DNA of 62,116 bases, filler included, from Chiloscyllium plagiosum (lineage: Eukaryota): assembly GCF_004010195.1 (NCBI RefSeq). It is 4 parts of one record of this genome, joined end to end, with 100 filler letters (N's around TTAATTAATTAA, not from the genome) between each part and the next. Parts side by side here need not be neighbours in the genome. Positions count along the whole stretch, not along the records: positions 17,224 to 39,094 come from NC_057714.1; positions 39,195 to 56,134 come from NC_057714.1; 2 more parts are not named here. One strand, written 5' to 3'. The position numbers and the translations under genes are program-made. This document shows, one piece after another, positions 36,356 to 49,937 of this stretch (position 1 is its first letter; the number at the start of each line of letters is the position of its first letter). The notes beneath the pieces were generated by a model, which was not told where the DNA came from, searched no databases, and saw only the letters and a list, made by a program, of their open reading frames with translations.

Positions 36356-38905
36356 GTCGGCACTTCAGGGAGCTCAGGGCCAGTGGAATCTCCTGACCTA
36401 ACCTTAAGTATCTCAGTTGATCTGAAAATAATTTTCCAATTTCTTTCCCCAACTTGCCCTTGACTTTTATCCAGTTTTTGGTCTCTCCTAAGAGATCATG
36501 TGATTCTGGGTGGGCTGTGAAAATTGTGGCACAGAAGTTATTACAACCAATATGAAACAATGGCTCTGCCTGTCTATTGATGTTAACATCTCTGCAATGC
36601 TGTTCTCACTGGGAACACAGGAATGAATACCTTTCAGTTAATGGCAATCTGGTTTGGATAATAACCCCATTCCAAGCCCAGGGATGCTGAAGTATATTGT
36701 GAAAGCTGCACTATCACCTGAAATGAGAACAGTGAACTTAGAATAGTTAACCCACAGATCTTTATCTACTGCACAGCACGGCTTCGTTCCAAACTGAGTA
36801 ATATCTTACTATCGGAACTGTTGATATCATAAATTAAATCTCAGTTAAGTGGAGTTCCTTGTGACATTTTACGCTCATTCCTTTTAAAAGCAGAATTATG
36901 GCTCCATTGAGAATTCCAAGTAATTGAATTTTTTTTACTTCAGGAACAAGTGAGCAATGGATCTATTTTTGGGTAAGGGCCAGACTCCGGATAGAATGTG
37001 AATTGTATTTTATCATGGTGTTATTGCACAGAAGCCCATTGGTTAAAAAAGTTCGGATATAATTTATTACGATGCAGAATGGATCAACATACAAACCAAA
37101 TGAAAAGCTTGCTAAACCCTTTTCTTTGCATGACAATTGTACCGTTTTAAGTTTTAATTTAGTTGTTATTTTGAGTCAATGCACTGGATCTTTTATCTGG
37201 AGCATCAACGATGCAACATAAGATGTTGCTGATTACACACCTCACTGGTACGGAGCTAGGTTGCAGAAGGCAGCTGACACACCATCTTCCCCAGAAGAAC
37301 TAGGGAGGGCAATAAATTTGGAAAGCCCACATCCCATGAATGGATTTTTTTTTAAAAAATCACTCGAGCAGATCTGAAAGATGGAATATCTTTTCCCTTG
37401 GGAGAAAATGTTTATCATGTTTACTATTGTAGGACAATCATGAATTACCAATGAATTAGACAGTTTTTCTAACAATGATGATAAATTCTTGTTGGCAATT
37501 TTAACTTGCAGCTGAACCGTTTATACAGAATGTTTGAGGACATGTCTATATTGACATTGTGAATGCAAAAGATTCTAAAGTTCAACTCACACTGTAGCTT
37601 CACTGGAAACAAGCAAGAACATTTCCATGTGCACAGTAAGACAGAAAGTAGGGCAATCTGCCAAGGGTGCTGTGTAGGTCTGTTAACTTCTACTTGTTTG
37701 ATATTAACATCTGTCTTCACTAAGTTGTGACTGGACCCCCTAGTATATTACTCAGCTCAAGCCAGCTCAAGGGAAATTACTGAGGTTGCCACTCCAGTCA
37801 GAGGGATGGAAATAATGGTTCCTTCATAAAGATTAGGGCATAACCTTTTCTTCAGGCTTCTTTTCCCCAAATGAATAGATTTCCATGAACCAAGGAAGGA
37901 AGTTGACCGTGATCTTAATCTGTGCAGCCTCAGGTTTCTCGGCTCCTCCAGCGACCGTCCTCCACTGCCTGCTACTGGGCTTCAATCCACTAGTCCTGTC
38001 AGAAACAACAGCATTCCAGCTCAAAGAGAAGGCTGACACTTAATAAGGTATTCAGCCGAAATATCGTTGCCCAGAGTGGGTGAGAATGTGACATCCGCTC
38101 CCACGTACTTGAGGCAAATAACAAAGATGAATTTAAGGAAAGTTGGATGAACACAGCTGGGGGAAGGAATAGTTCATGGAATTATTTGCAGCAGGAGATT
38201 TGTAACGTGAACCCCAGAATGTATCAGCTGGGCTGAATAGTCTGTTTCAATGCTGTGACTTCCATGCAGTTCTATGCAATTCAACCAGTTTGAAGAACAG
38301 TTTTCATTTTTAATAGTTTAATCACCTTTTCTGTGGAATGGGCCTTTTGAGACAAAAAAAATAGATAATCAATCATATGTTGCATGAGAAGAGATGTAAA
38401 TGTGATAGTGGATAAACATTTCTCATACGTTATTATATCAGAGATCATCCACAATTTAGTCATTGTTAAAGCCATATGACAGTAAGCATTTTCTATAACA
38501 TTATGTCAATTTTTTTTATATTCAGAAGTATTCTGGAATATGTCCTGTGTTTTTAGACTTTACTTCCTGTTGTTTTATGTAGCCACCAACAACTCTTCTC
38601 ATCCACATCCAATCTCAACATAAACACCACCCCAATCCTAACAGATGACTGGGTAACCAGACAACAAGATCTTTAATTAGATTCTCATTGATTTTGTCTT
38701 GTGGCTCTCCAAAAATCTCCTCAGAGATCTAACTGTATGGTTGAGAAGTGGGCGAAACTCATTGAATCTAACTCATTATTTTGAAGGTCAAACTCTACAA
38801 AGTCAGCACAATTGCAGTAATGTTAGACAGCATCCCATTTGATTCCCCGATGTCAATATTATCTCTTTCTCCCCTGAACTCAGTGTTGACTCATACTGTG
38901 ATCCA

Positions 38906-39341
38906 GGAGAAAGTGAGGACTGCAGATGCTGGAGGTCAGAGCTGAAAATGTGTTGCTGGAAAAGTGCAGCAGGTCAGGCAGCATCCAAGGAACAGGAGAA
39001 TCGACGTTTCGGGCATAAACCTTTCTTCAGGAATGAGGAAAGTGTGTCCAGCAGGCTAAGATAAAAGGTAGGGAGGAGGGACTTGGGGGAGGGGNNNNNN
39101 NNNNNNNNNNNNNNNNNNNNNNNNNNNNNNNNNNNNNNTTAATTAATTAANNNNNNNNNNNNNNNNNNNNNNNNNNNNNNNNNNNNNNNNNNNNTATCTC
39201 AGCCCGCTTGGCACACCAGCCTCATTCCTGAAGAAGGGCTTATGCCCGAAACGTCGATTCTCCTGCTCCCCGGATGCTGCGCCTTTCCAGCACCACACTT
39301 TTCAACTCTGGTCTCCCGCATCTGCAGTCCTCACTTTCTCC
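38906..39341. mobile_element. Penelope terminal repeats in inverted orientation around a gap
   Basis: ggagaaagtgaggactgcag ... ctgcagtcctcactttctcc inverted ends, each with a hammerhead-like core. Confidence 0.75.
39228..39255 (+). ncRNA. Minimal hammerhead-ribozyme-like core, the best preserved copy
   Basis: CTGAAGA-A-GGGC-TTAT-GCCC-GAAAC-GTC, with a perfect 4-bp stem II. Confidence 0.55.
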
Positions 39342-40351
39342 TGAGTCATAAGAATGAATGCCAACAGGTTACTTAATCACAAAAGGTTGCACATGGGTCA
39401 ATTCATTCACAAAAATGGCAATCAGCAACCAACAACAACTTTTATTTATATAGCACCTCTTTAATAAAATATCCCAAGGCACTTCACATGAATATTATGA
39501 AATATGACTTTGAGTCACATAAAGTGGTATTGGGTCAGCCTATCAATGGCTTGGTAAAAGAAGTACCTTTTAAGGAGCATTTTAAAGGCAGAAAATGAGG
39601 TAGTGAGGTTTAAGGAAGAAATTGCAGAGTTGGACCAAGCAACTGAGAAAATGACTATCAATAATAGCACATTTAAAACTGGGGGTGTACAAGGCGTCAA
39701 TTTGGAAACAAGGGTGACCTAGAAAATTCTTATTCATCTTCCACATAGAGCACACAGAACAGAAATTGGCTATTTGCTCCAACTAGTTCTTGCTGGTTTT
39801 CATGCTATTTACAAATTTCCTGACTCCTCCTCCCCCCACCACCTCTACCACCTTCACTTAAGACTTTAATTCCAATTGTAGCGTCACTGCTGAGATTAGC
39901 TAATTGAACACACTCTGGAAATAAACCTTCTGGCTGGTACAGTCTGCTGCTCTATTTGGCACTGCCTTTTCTCATTGGGCCATCATTTTTGCCTTTCTAT
40001 TTTGATCAAAGAAAATGTGTGACACTGGTATTTATTGTATACCACTGGTTACACTGAGAATAAATTGGGTGACCTTCTGCTGGAACCAATGAGATTGCTT
40101 GGTAATGGATCTCCTTTGATGGTGTTAGGTGTTGGTCTACAGGACTATGACTGAGCAGCGAAATGTCTACTTTAATCTCATTGAAGTTCCACATACACAC
40201 CATTCCTTTTCTTGTGAAGGTCATGGAATGTGTGGTCATTTGACTGTGCTGCTCTTAAGTCAATATTTAGTCTGTAAACAAATCTCAATTCTTTTTCCAA
40301 TTGTAAGAAATCATCTAATGTTTAATTGTAAAGACTGTGTGATAAACATTT

Positions 40352-41398
40352 AAATCCTCGCTCTCCACTGGAGTCGTACCCGAGGACTGGAGAGAGGCAA
40401 ATGTAATTCCTCTCTTCAAGAAAGGAAATAGGGAAATCCCTGGCAATTAAAGACCAGTAAGTCTCACGTCTGTCGTCTGCAAGGTGTTAGAAAGGATTCT
40501 GAGGGATAGGATTTATGACCATCTGGAAGAGCATGGCTTGATTAAATGCAGGCAACACGGCTTTGTGAGGGGCAGGTCATGCCTCACAAACCTTATCGAG
40601 TTCTGTGAGGATGTGANNNNNNNNNNNNNNNNNNNNNNNNNNNNNNNNNNNNNNNNNNNNNNNNNNNNNNNNNNNNNNNNNNNNNNNNNNNNNNNNNNNN
40701 NNNNNNNNNNNNNNNNNNNNNNNNNNNNNNNNNNNNNNNNNNNNNNNNNNNNNNNNNNNNNNNNNNNNNNNNNNNNNNNNNNNNNNNNNNNNNNNNNNNN
40801 NNNNNNNNNNNNNNNNNNNNNNNNNNNNNNNNNNNNNNNNNNNNNNNNNNNNNNNNNNNNNNNNNNNNNNNNNNNNNNNNNNNNNNNNNNNNNNNNNNNN
40901 NNNNNNNNNNNNNNNNNNNNNNNNNNNNNNNNNNNNNNNNNNNNNNNNNNNNNNNNNNNNNNNNNNNNNNNNNNNNNNNNNNNNNNNNNNNNNNNNNNNN
41001 NNNNNNNNNNNNNNNNNNNNNNNNNNNNNNNNNNNNNNNNNNNNNNNNNNNNNNNNNNNNTGAGGTATACAAGATAATGAGAGGCATAGATAGAGTTGAT
41101 AGCCAGAGACTATTTCCCAGGGCAGAAATGGCTAACACGACGGGTCATAGTTTTAAGCTGGTTGGAGGAAAGTATAGAGGGGACGTCCACGGTGGTTTCT
41201 TTACACAGAGAATTGTGAGAGCATGGAATGTATTGCCAGCAGCAGTTGTGGAAGCAAGGTCACTGGGAACATTTAAGAGACTACTGAACATGCATATGGT
41301 CACAGAAATTTGAGGGTGCACACATGAAGGTCAATGGTCGGCACAACATCGTGGGCTGAAGGGCCTGCTCTGTGTTGTACTGTTCTATGTTCTATGTT
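40352..41398 (+). mobile_element. 5'-truncated CR1 LINE spanning gap 40617-41060
   Basis: QHGFVRGRSCLTNLIEF, FFTQRIVRAWN and a (ttctatg)n tail. Confidence 0.9.
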
Positions 41399-42295
41399 TT
41401 AAGTAGGGAGCTCACTTCTGAGAGTAGGAAACACGGATTGGGAAATCTACAGTTAGCATCGCCGTTTAACTTAGCTTCATCTAATGCTTTAAAGCTGCAT
41501 TGCTGTTTTGCACAAACACTGCATTTCATACTATTTCTGTGAAAAAAGAGACTTTATACCATAATACCTGGAGATGAGTATGAGGTCCCCTTCAACCCCA
41601 ATTAGTCCAATAACCCTCTTAGCTCTCCATAATGTCATAATACGCCAATTTACAAACCAAGAGGCTCCAACATTCAATCCTTGATCTAGATTGCATAAAG
41701 TTTGACCTCAAAGTATTCTCGCTGCAGATTCGGACGTCAGTTGATGCTGGTTATAAATTCATTTTTGTGTGGACAACTGAATTGTTGCACTTGGTTAGAT
41801 TCAGTAAATGCAGGAATATACCACATATGGTCATGGGGATGAATTTTCCTCTTGGAGGTGGGAATTGAGAGGTTTTCTGATGTCCTGGTCCTGCCTCCTA
41901 ACTAGTAGTGCCCACCAATGCTATCGTTCTGACAGGGAGTCAGGGATAAGTTACAGTCAGGCCTGCCTTTCACAGCAGGCATGAAGTCAAAGTGGCAGGC
42001 TGGGACTGCCAGGTTTTTTATGGTTGTTCTGTGTGACATTGTAGCAGCCTGGAGATGAGTATGAGGTCCCCTCAACTCTATTTAGTCCAATAACCCTCTT
42101 AGCTCTCCATAATATCAAAAGCCACTCACACAGATCTACTACAAACACAACTCACCGAATCTATAATAACATTGGGAAATCTTTGAGAATCTCATACATT
42201 TATCAAAACAAACTAAGTCTGAGAATCCTCTTAAAACAATCCTGTCACCATCATGCTGGGGAGGTGAAGTGATATTATTGCTAGACTATTATAGA

Positions 42296-42610
42296 GTTAA
42301 AGAGTCATACAGTGTGGAAATAGACCCTTTTGTCTAACCAGTCCACGCTGAGCATCATCTCAAACTAAACTAGTCCCAATGCCTGCTCCTGACCCATATC
42401 CCTCTAAACATTTCCTATTCATGTATCTATCCAAGTGCCTTTTAAATGTTGTAATTGCATCTGCATCCATCACTTCCTCGGGAAGTTCATTCCACAGGTG
42501 AACCACCCACTATGTAAAATATTTACCCCTTATGTCATTTTTAAATCTCTCTCCTCTCACCTTAAAAGTGTGCCCCCTAGTCTTGAAATTCCCCATCTTA
42601 GGAAAAAGAG
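42296..42610 (-). mobile_element. CR1 3' end
   Basis: Reverse complement of the CR1 3' end at 23750-24040. Confidence 0.8.
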
Positions 42611-42618
42611 AAACGTAG

Positions 42619-43217
42619 TGTGAGAAACAAAGCCCACTCACATCAATAATTTCAGTCCGAGACCAAATATCTGAAACACCAGCGTCGTTTTATTTGTACA
42701 CCTGCAGGTGGGTGCCTTGTCTAATTGCCAGGTAAGGCAATGACAAATGCACAGTAAACCCCAAAAAACTCTTGCAATTTATACAGTTTTTTCGCATATG
42801 TTTTCCTTATTCAATTGTTTGTTCCCTGCTTCGCTTACGTCACTCATTTCCTTAAGACTTATCCCACAACTTCTGTTTATCCTATCTTGTCCGTGACAAA
42901 CTCTTATCTCTGACTCCCATAAGGGTGTTTGACGTCAGTCTACTGTAGGTTATTGATTAGGCATATCTTTTCTTCTATCAGCATCTATTTCTATCCAGAG
43001 GCCACTTTGACCTCTTTAATTAGGGTTTGTTCCTGTGTCTCCGTACAAGTGGGGAAAACAGATGTTTTTCCTGTTTGCCCATACATCCACCATTGTTCTG
43101 TAATCACGTCTCATGCTAACATACCATTTTCTTTTTGCTGAATATATATTTTCTCATTCCTGTTCTGTATCAGAATTTATAGTTGCAGAAATAACATTAA
43201 TTCATTTATATCCCACA
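42619..43217 (-). mobile_element. Solo LTR (599 bp) with 4-bp target-site duplication GTAG
   Basis: Termini TGTGAGA...TCCCACA, with GTAG at 42615-42618 and 43218-43221. On the minus strand TATAAA (42783-42778) precedes AATAAA (42694-42689). Confidence 0.8.
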
Positions 43218-43232
43218 GTAGGTAATGTCCTG

Positions 43233-43627
43233 AGGAATCTTACAGAGGTATATAAAATCATGAGAGGCATAAATATGGTAGATATCAGACAATTTTTCTC
43301 ATGGTAGGGGAGTCTAAAACTCAAGGGCATAGACTTAAGGTAAGAGGAGAGAGATACACGAGGGTCCAGAGGGACAATTTTTTCACATGGTGGGGGGCGC
43401 GGGGGGAGTGTCTGGAATGGGCTACTAGAGCTAGTAGTGGAAGCAAGTACAATTTGGTCATTTAAGAAACATTTATTCAGGTACATGGATGGGATTGGTA
43501 TGGAGGGATATGGACCAAATGCAAGCAAATGGGACGAGCTTAAATGGTGAAAATTTGGTGGCACAGGCAAATTGGGCTGAATGGCCTTTTTTGTACTGTA
43601 GACCTCCATGACTCTATCTATGACTCT
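43233..43627 (+). mobile_element. CR1 3' end
   Basis: NLTEVYKIMRGI and a ctatgactcta tail. Confidence 0.8.
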
Positions 43628-45691
43628 AGGACATGCTACAGCAGCTGGTGGAATTTGAATTCAATAAAAATCTTGAATTAAGAGACTAATGATAACCATA
43701 AAATAGCTGTCAGTCATCGGACGGTTGAAAACATCCACTTTTGCGATGGAGTTGGCAATATCAGGCAGTTGCTGAGTACAGGGTGTGACCCCCTCCCTCC
43801 TCCCTTTGCAGTACAGGTTCAAGGTGTCCATGCAGGGAATGTGAATGGGTGTCCTGCAAACAGAATCCATTCTTAATTTTTAGGCACAGAAGTCACAGTG
43901 CAGCCCTGGGTCAGGATGGGAAAACCGAGCTCATATTTCTGCAAATGAAAACCTTGAAGAAGTTACTTTCAGCAGTAAATACACAATTAATCAATCCATC
44001 TCTGTAAAGGAAAGCCAGACCCCCGCTTGCAAATAATGAAACCGCATTCAAGACATTTTAAGAGGGAGAAACTGGCTTAGGAATAGATAGGTTTGATAAG
44101 GTTAGTCAGAAAAAGTAAAAGTTAAAAGAATGAAAGGAGTAAAGATAAGTGGAATGTAAACAAAAACAAAGTAAATAGAAGTAAAATGTTTGGAATATTT
44201 GCTGCTCATTGTAAGTTGTGCTTTTACTGCCATGGTTAAAAAAAAGCTGCTTGCTCTGTTTGAGTGACTTAATTAGCAGGTTAGTGTTTGTTCTAAAGTC
44301 ACTGGCTCAGGAAAATTGATCTTTCCTTGGACTTTCTGACAGCTTACAGGTTACTGGAGCTCTGAGAGGTCAGTCCAGGGCGAAAGATGAAAATGGACCA
44401 AAGCCAGACTTTGCAGGCAGTGTTTGCAGATGCAGAGTGAGCAGCAATAAACTGAAATTGATTTAACTTGCTCCTGACATGGGCCCATGTTCATATCTGC
44501 TGATCCAGATCAGGTCACACTGTTCTTGTTAGTTCAGTACCCAGAATCCGGGGGCAGAATAATTGAATGATGTTAAAAGCTGAATACATTTATTAATGTG
44601 TTCCTTGTTGAAAGACTCCAGTGGTGTCTGATTTTACTTTGGAAAGGTTAGGGCCACATTTTGTTTTCTCTTGTCTCCTCCTCCCATTGTGATCCATTCT
44701 GTAATATTATTGTAGTTACCGTCTGCTACCCTATTAAAGTATATGTTGATCTGGTGTAATGGTTAGCAAACCATTCAGAGTGAGCTCCACAAAATAGGTC
44801 CGCATCTACACAAATGCTCTCTGCTTTGAGACTCTCTCAACTTTGGTACCATTTAGCTTGTAATTAGATTTTTAATAATTGTGAATTGCATTGAAAATAT
44901 TGCCTTCTTTGTGGATAAGATATATTGCTCCGTTATATTCTATAGCTTTGGAAATAGATTTCACCTTGCTTACATTTACTTGGCTTATATTCTGGTGCTG
45001 AAGATCTCCCTGTTATCTCTGTGGAGATAGCCAGGACTATCCACATTAACGTCATCATCTCCAGCACAATATAAAGAGAGAGAATACCAGTATAATCAAT
45101 GACAAACTCCAGACTGGCCGGTGGCTGTCAGATTTACCTGAGAGCTCAGAATCCAGGTCTCATTTCTGCCGTCAGCTTTTGGCGACTTTCCCTGTTGGTG
45201 TAATTTATTTCCACTATAAGAAAACAGACTTTTTTTTCAGAATCGACAGCATTACAGGCTTGAAACTAATGACGGTACCTGTCGTGAACAAATGTGTTTG
45301 TACAATACTGTTTGTAAATGACCACTCTGTTTGATTTCTATCTTAAATGGTTAATGTACAGCCTCAAATTAATGCCAACCTGGGATGGACAAAAATGCAG
45401 CCTGTTCAAGTTCCAAGGACAAATAAAAAGAGCAATAGTGGACAGAGGAATGCATTAAACTTTCACCAGCTACAATCAGGAACAGTGGTTTGTAATTGTG
45501 TGCTTTAGGGTTTGAAATACAGACAATGTTTTTCACAAATGCATGTGCAATGTGTTTATGAAAATGAAAAGTGGAAAGGACAGGTTCACATTTCCATAAG
45601 GAAATAAATCTAAAGCTTTAACACATTGCGGCTTCAATAAATGTTACATTCAGAAAACTGCATCTTGTGAGTTCTTTACTTTTGTTCTGAT

Positions 45692-45912
45692 GGTCAGTTA
45701 GCTCAGTTGGCTGATTGGCTGGTCTGCAATGGTGAGTGATGCCAACATTGTGGGTTCAATTTCCACAATGGCTATGTTTACCATGAAGGACTCTCCTTCT
45801 CAACATCTCTCCTTATCACCTGAGGCATGGTGACCCTCAGGTTAAACCACCACCAGTCATTTCTCTCCAATGAGAGAGCAGCCCTACGGCCCAACAGAAC
45901 AATGGCAACCTT
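45692..45912 (+). mobile_element. tRNA-derived SINE of a second family
   Basis: ttagctcagttgg A box and gggttcaatt B box; same family as 33273-33482. Confidence 0.6.
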
Positions 45913-48900
45913 ATATTTTATTTTTCACCCTGGAATTAACTTGATTGGGAGTGATTTTGACTTTAGCAGATAGTGTGGAATGGATTGGATACCTATTATA
46001 CATATTTCAATATTTTTATTTTCATTGTTTTACACTTTCAGCCAAAGTCAAGTTTACGACTTTTCCAAACTGATGTATTCACAGCAAACAGGAACGGGAG
46101 CCCTGACAGAATACAGAAGACCTGAGCGCAGAACTGTTGGACTATTGCCGTGACCAAGATCAGCTCACTGAGCTGAAGCAGCCTTTATATCAATCAGAGT
46201 TATGCAGACACCAGGACTAACACACAAGCTTTATTCAGCCAGTCTTTAAGGTGAACCTGCTGATTTCAACCAGATCAGTCGCCAGGAAGTCTTAACAAAA
46301 ACAGGATCTTCCCAATGAGTGGCCTTAGAGAATCCATCTTCGGGTGTAGCTGAGTGTACAAGTCTGGGAACTGGCGGTGCCAGCAAAGGGCCTTGGAAAA
46401 GCAACTCCAGACTAGGGATCAAACATAGGACTTCCTGTTCAGTACAATGTCAACCTTCAGAAAAGTCCACACTGTGGCAACTTGAAAGAGTCATTAAAGA
46501 AGTCAGCTTGAAGCCTGTGAGAACATTTTTGTGACCAAAAAAAAGGAGGTACCTGTGTTTCTGATAGCTGTGGCTTTGTGATGGATGTTTGTGATGGCTG
46601 GAAAATCGAGCTTCAAAGTCCAAAGAAAACACAGGCTGCATCTACAAGGCGATTCACTGCTTTTAAATCTGAGAAAGAGCTGATAGGAATCTGCACTGGC
46701 CATTTAGCAGCTTCATGGCATTCTGACAAAGTTTAACTTTGTTCCTCATAAAAGCCTTTATTTTACAAGCAAAGATTTAAAACGAAACAAAAAGAAACAC
46801 AATTTTAACAAAACAACCTCATTTCTCTATCCCTCATCCGTAGGAAATAATTATTTGTGTTCACTCCCAACAGCTGCAACATCAAACATGAAGAGACTTC
46901 TCTGTCGGCAAAACTGTCTGAGCCCGACTCCTGAAGGTGCTGCCTCTTACAGGGGTACAGCTGTGTGCTATCTGGCTTCATTCTGCTACCTTGACCACAT
47001 AGCAGCAACCTTCACACATCAGAGTGGCCACGTTCAAGCCTGTCATTGAATAATGGGGAAGTTCACAGTTTGCCCATTTTACACTTTCTACAATAGCAGT
47101 TGTCAACAGCAGTGTCAGTGTTCTATTATGAGGTGCCCTTGACATATGAAAATGTTCCTTACTAATATTCTGGAACCCAAGCCTGTTTGTTTCCCTGTCT
47201 GAGCCAATGAATCAGTGGAGGTGAACTGTTAGTTTAGTTTAACTCTGGGGAAATATCTTGTAATTAATTTGTGTTTGTGGTATCATGGCCTTCCACATGA
47301 GTTAATCAGGAGCAGTAACTGTGCAATGTGAACATGTGATCATATGTGATAATTCCTGAACAGGAAGCATCATGATTAACAGCATTGATCATAAAATACC
47401 AGTTTATTGATTTTGGTGTAATGCAAAATTGCTCTAACATAAAATCAGTTAGTTGTATTTGTGGAAATGTCTTCATAGAACAGAATGCAATGTACATAGA
47501 CAGTCCCATTTCTGTTTATTATTCACTCATGGGACATGGACAGTGTTGGCTGAGCCAGCATTTATCATCCATCCTCAGTTGCCTTTGAAAAGGTGGTGGT
47601 GAGCTGCCATCTTGAACCACTGCAGTTCAATGTTGTTTAGGTATTCCCACAGCCCATCACCACTTTGTCAAGGGCAACTTTAGACAGGCCGAGCCAGTGG
47701 TGCCCATGTCCTATGCGTGAATAAAAAACAAGCCATTAGGGAGGGAATTCCAAGAGTTTTATCCTGCAGCACGAAAGGGATGGCTATATTCCTTAATGAG
47801 CAGCTTGGAGAGGAATGTGGGTTGTTAGTTCATAGGACGGTTTTGTCACTACCTGTTTCAAAAGACCATGCACCCTTTTGATTTTTAACCTACTCCTGTC
47901 TAATTTCTGAGATTATATTGGACTGGAGAAGATAGAGAATGAAGATCCCTAGTCAGAGATTGATAAAAATAAAGTTGATTATTTAAGCTGTGCTTTACAT
48001 AAAAATCAGGGATTTGGCGGGAATTCGATCAAGCCAATGAGATTATTAGAGGCATTTCCTATTCTGCAAGTAAGTAGTGCGTGTTGAGGTAATGAGATTG
48101 AGTTGCACTTGAGGCTATCTCCATAAGCTGAGGAAGCTGAGCGTGAGTTTGGACATGTAGAGTTTTATTGTTTCCACATAGGCATAAGATATTGGCTGAC
48201 TATGAATGTTAGCTTATGATGCTGACACAACTAAAGCAGAAATTCAACGACTATGCTCAGATAGCACCTTCCAAACCCATGCCCACTTCCATCTAGAAGG
48301 GCAAGGGCAGCAGATATATGGGAACACCAATAGCTGCAAGTTCCCCTCCAAGCCACTCACCATCCTGAAGTGGAAATATATCACCGTTCCTTCACTGTCG
48401 CTCGGTCAGAATCCTGAAATTCCCTCCTTGAGGGCATTGTGGGTCAACCCATAGCTGGTGGATTACAGCAGTTCAAGAAGGCAGCTCACCACCACCTTCA
48501 CAAGGGCAATTAGGGCCGGGCAATAAGTACTGGCTCAGCAAAAAGGAAATGAAGAAGGGAGAGCAGAGGTTGTGCAGCAGGATTCTGAAAGGGATTCCTT
48601 GAGGTAGGAATCAGATTGATTGCTGAAATTCAATGATTGGTGGATGTGTGACTGTCGTGGACTTGCTCTGCATTAACCGTGTACAACTGGGGAGAGATTT
48701 CTTCTAAAAGACTGCCTCCAATTGCCTCAGGTTCTGATCTATTTTGTTTCTTCTATTCAAGAGTTCTGGGGAAAGAATGTTTTATATATGAGTTTACAAT
48801 TAGTCAATGGCTGGATGTAGGCAACTACCATACCGATGGCCATCTCTTGTTTCAGATATATAAACATTGTTGTCCATTTACTCATTATTTTCTGTGGCAG

Positions 48901-49624
48901 TGCTTCTAATGTTATTAATGCTCCATTGACTTTGAAATGTGCAAAATCATGCCTTACAGTAGATTGTGCAATCTTTGTTAAACTTTCAACATTTCTGGAT
49001 GACCTTTACATTCCTTCAGTACTTACATCAGGTATCCTTGAAACATTTTGCCTGACCTTCCCACTCTCCTTATTTTCTGGCCCAGCGGACTGCACATTCC
49101 GGGTTTTGCAAACTGCTCATTTGAGATGCAGAGAATTGGGTAATACTTCCCTCGTTCATCCCCCCTTCCCTCATCTCCCTGTCATATTGCCAGTTGGGAG
49201 GTGTGTTTGCTCCATTGCATCCAGCTGGAGCACACCTTTGGCCCAGATATGTTTCAGGGTACAATTAATTAGATACACTGGCCTTCACCTATGATGATTG
49301 TAAGACATTGTCCCTGGGATAGATAGGATCTCCAGATTAGTACTGAAAATGTATCTGCAGTGCTAAAACTCATCTGGTTCACCCATGTCCTTTAAGAGAT
49401 GAAATCTGCTGTTCTTAGTCAGTCTGTCCTACAACTAACTTCAAATTCACGGTAATGTAATTGTCTCTTAACTGCCCTCTGAAACCACTCAGATTCTCCA
49501 ACCACAGAAACGTTAGAAAGCACTGGTGGGGTAGTTCCACCACATAGACTGCAGATATTCAAAATGGCAGCACAATAAATGCTGGCCTTTACTCTGATGT
49601 CACTTCCCATGAATGATTTTTTTT

Positions 49625-49937
49625 AGATTAGATTAAATTACTTACAGTGTGGATACAGGCCCTTCGGCCCAACATGTCCACACCGACCCGCCGAAGCGCA
49701 ACCCACCCAGACCCATTCCCCTACGTTTACCCCTTCACCTAACACTATGGGCAATTTAGCGTGGCCAATCCACCTAACCTGCACATTTTTGGACTGTGGG
49801 AGGAAACCGGAGCACCCGGAGGAAACCCACGCAGTCACGGGGAGAATGTGCAAACTCTACACAGAGAGTCGCCTGAGGCGGGAATTGAACCCTGGTCTCT
49901 GGCACGGTGAGGCAGCAGTGCTAACCATGGTGCCACC
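49625..49937 (-). mobile_element. Near full-length HE1-type SINE
   Basis: Reverse complement of the 34199-34513 family. Confidence 0.9.

Noticed and set aside
45138..45213. Possible 76-nt 5' UTR exon on the minus strand (tctgttttcttatag ... CAG|gtaaat)
   Set aside because: Only splice-site-like motifs support it. Such pairs arise by chance and there is no homology or transcript evidence.
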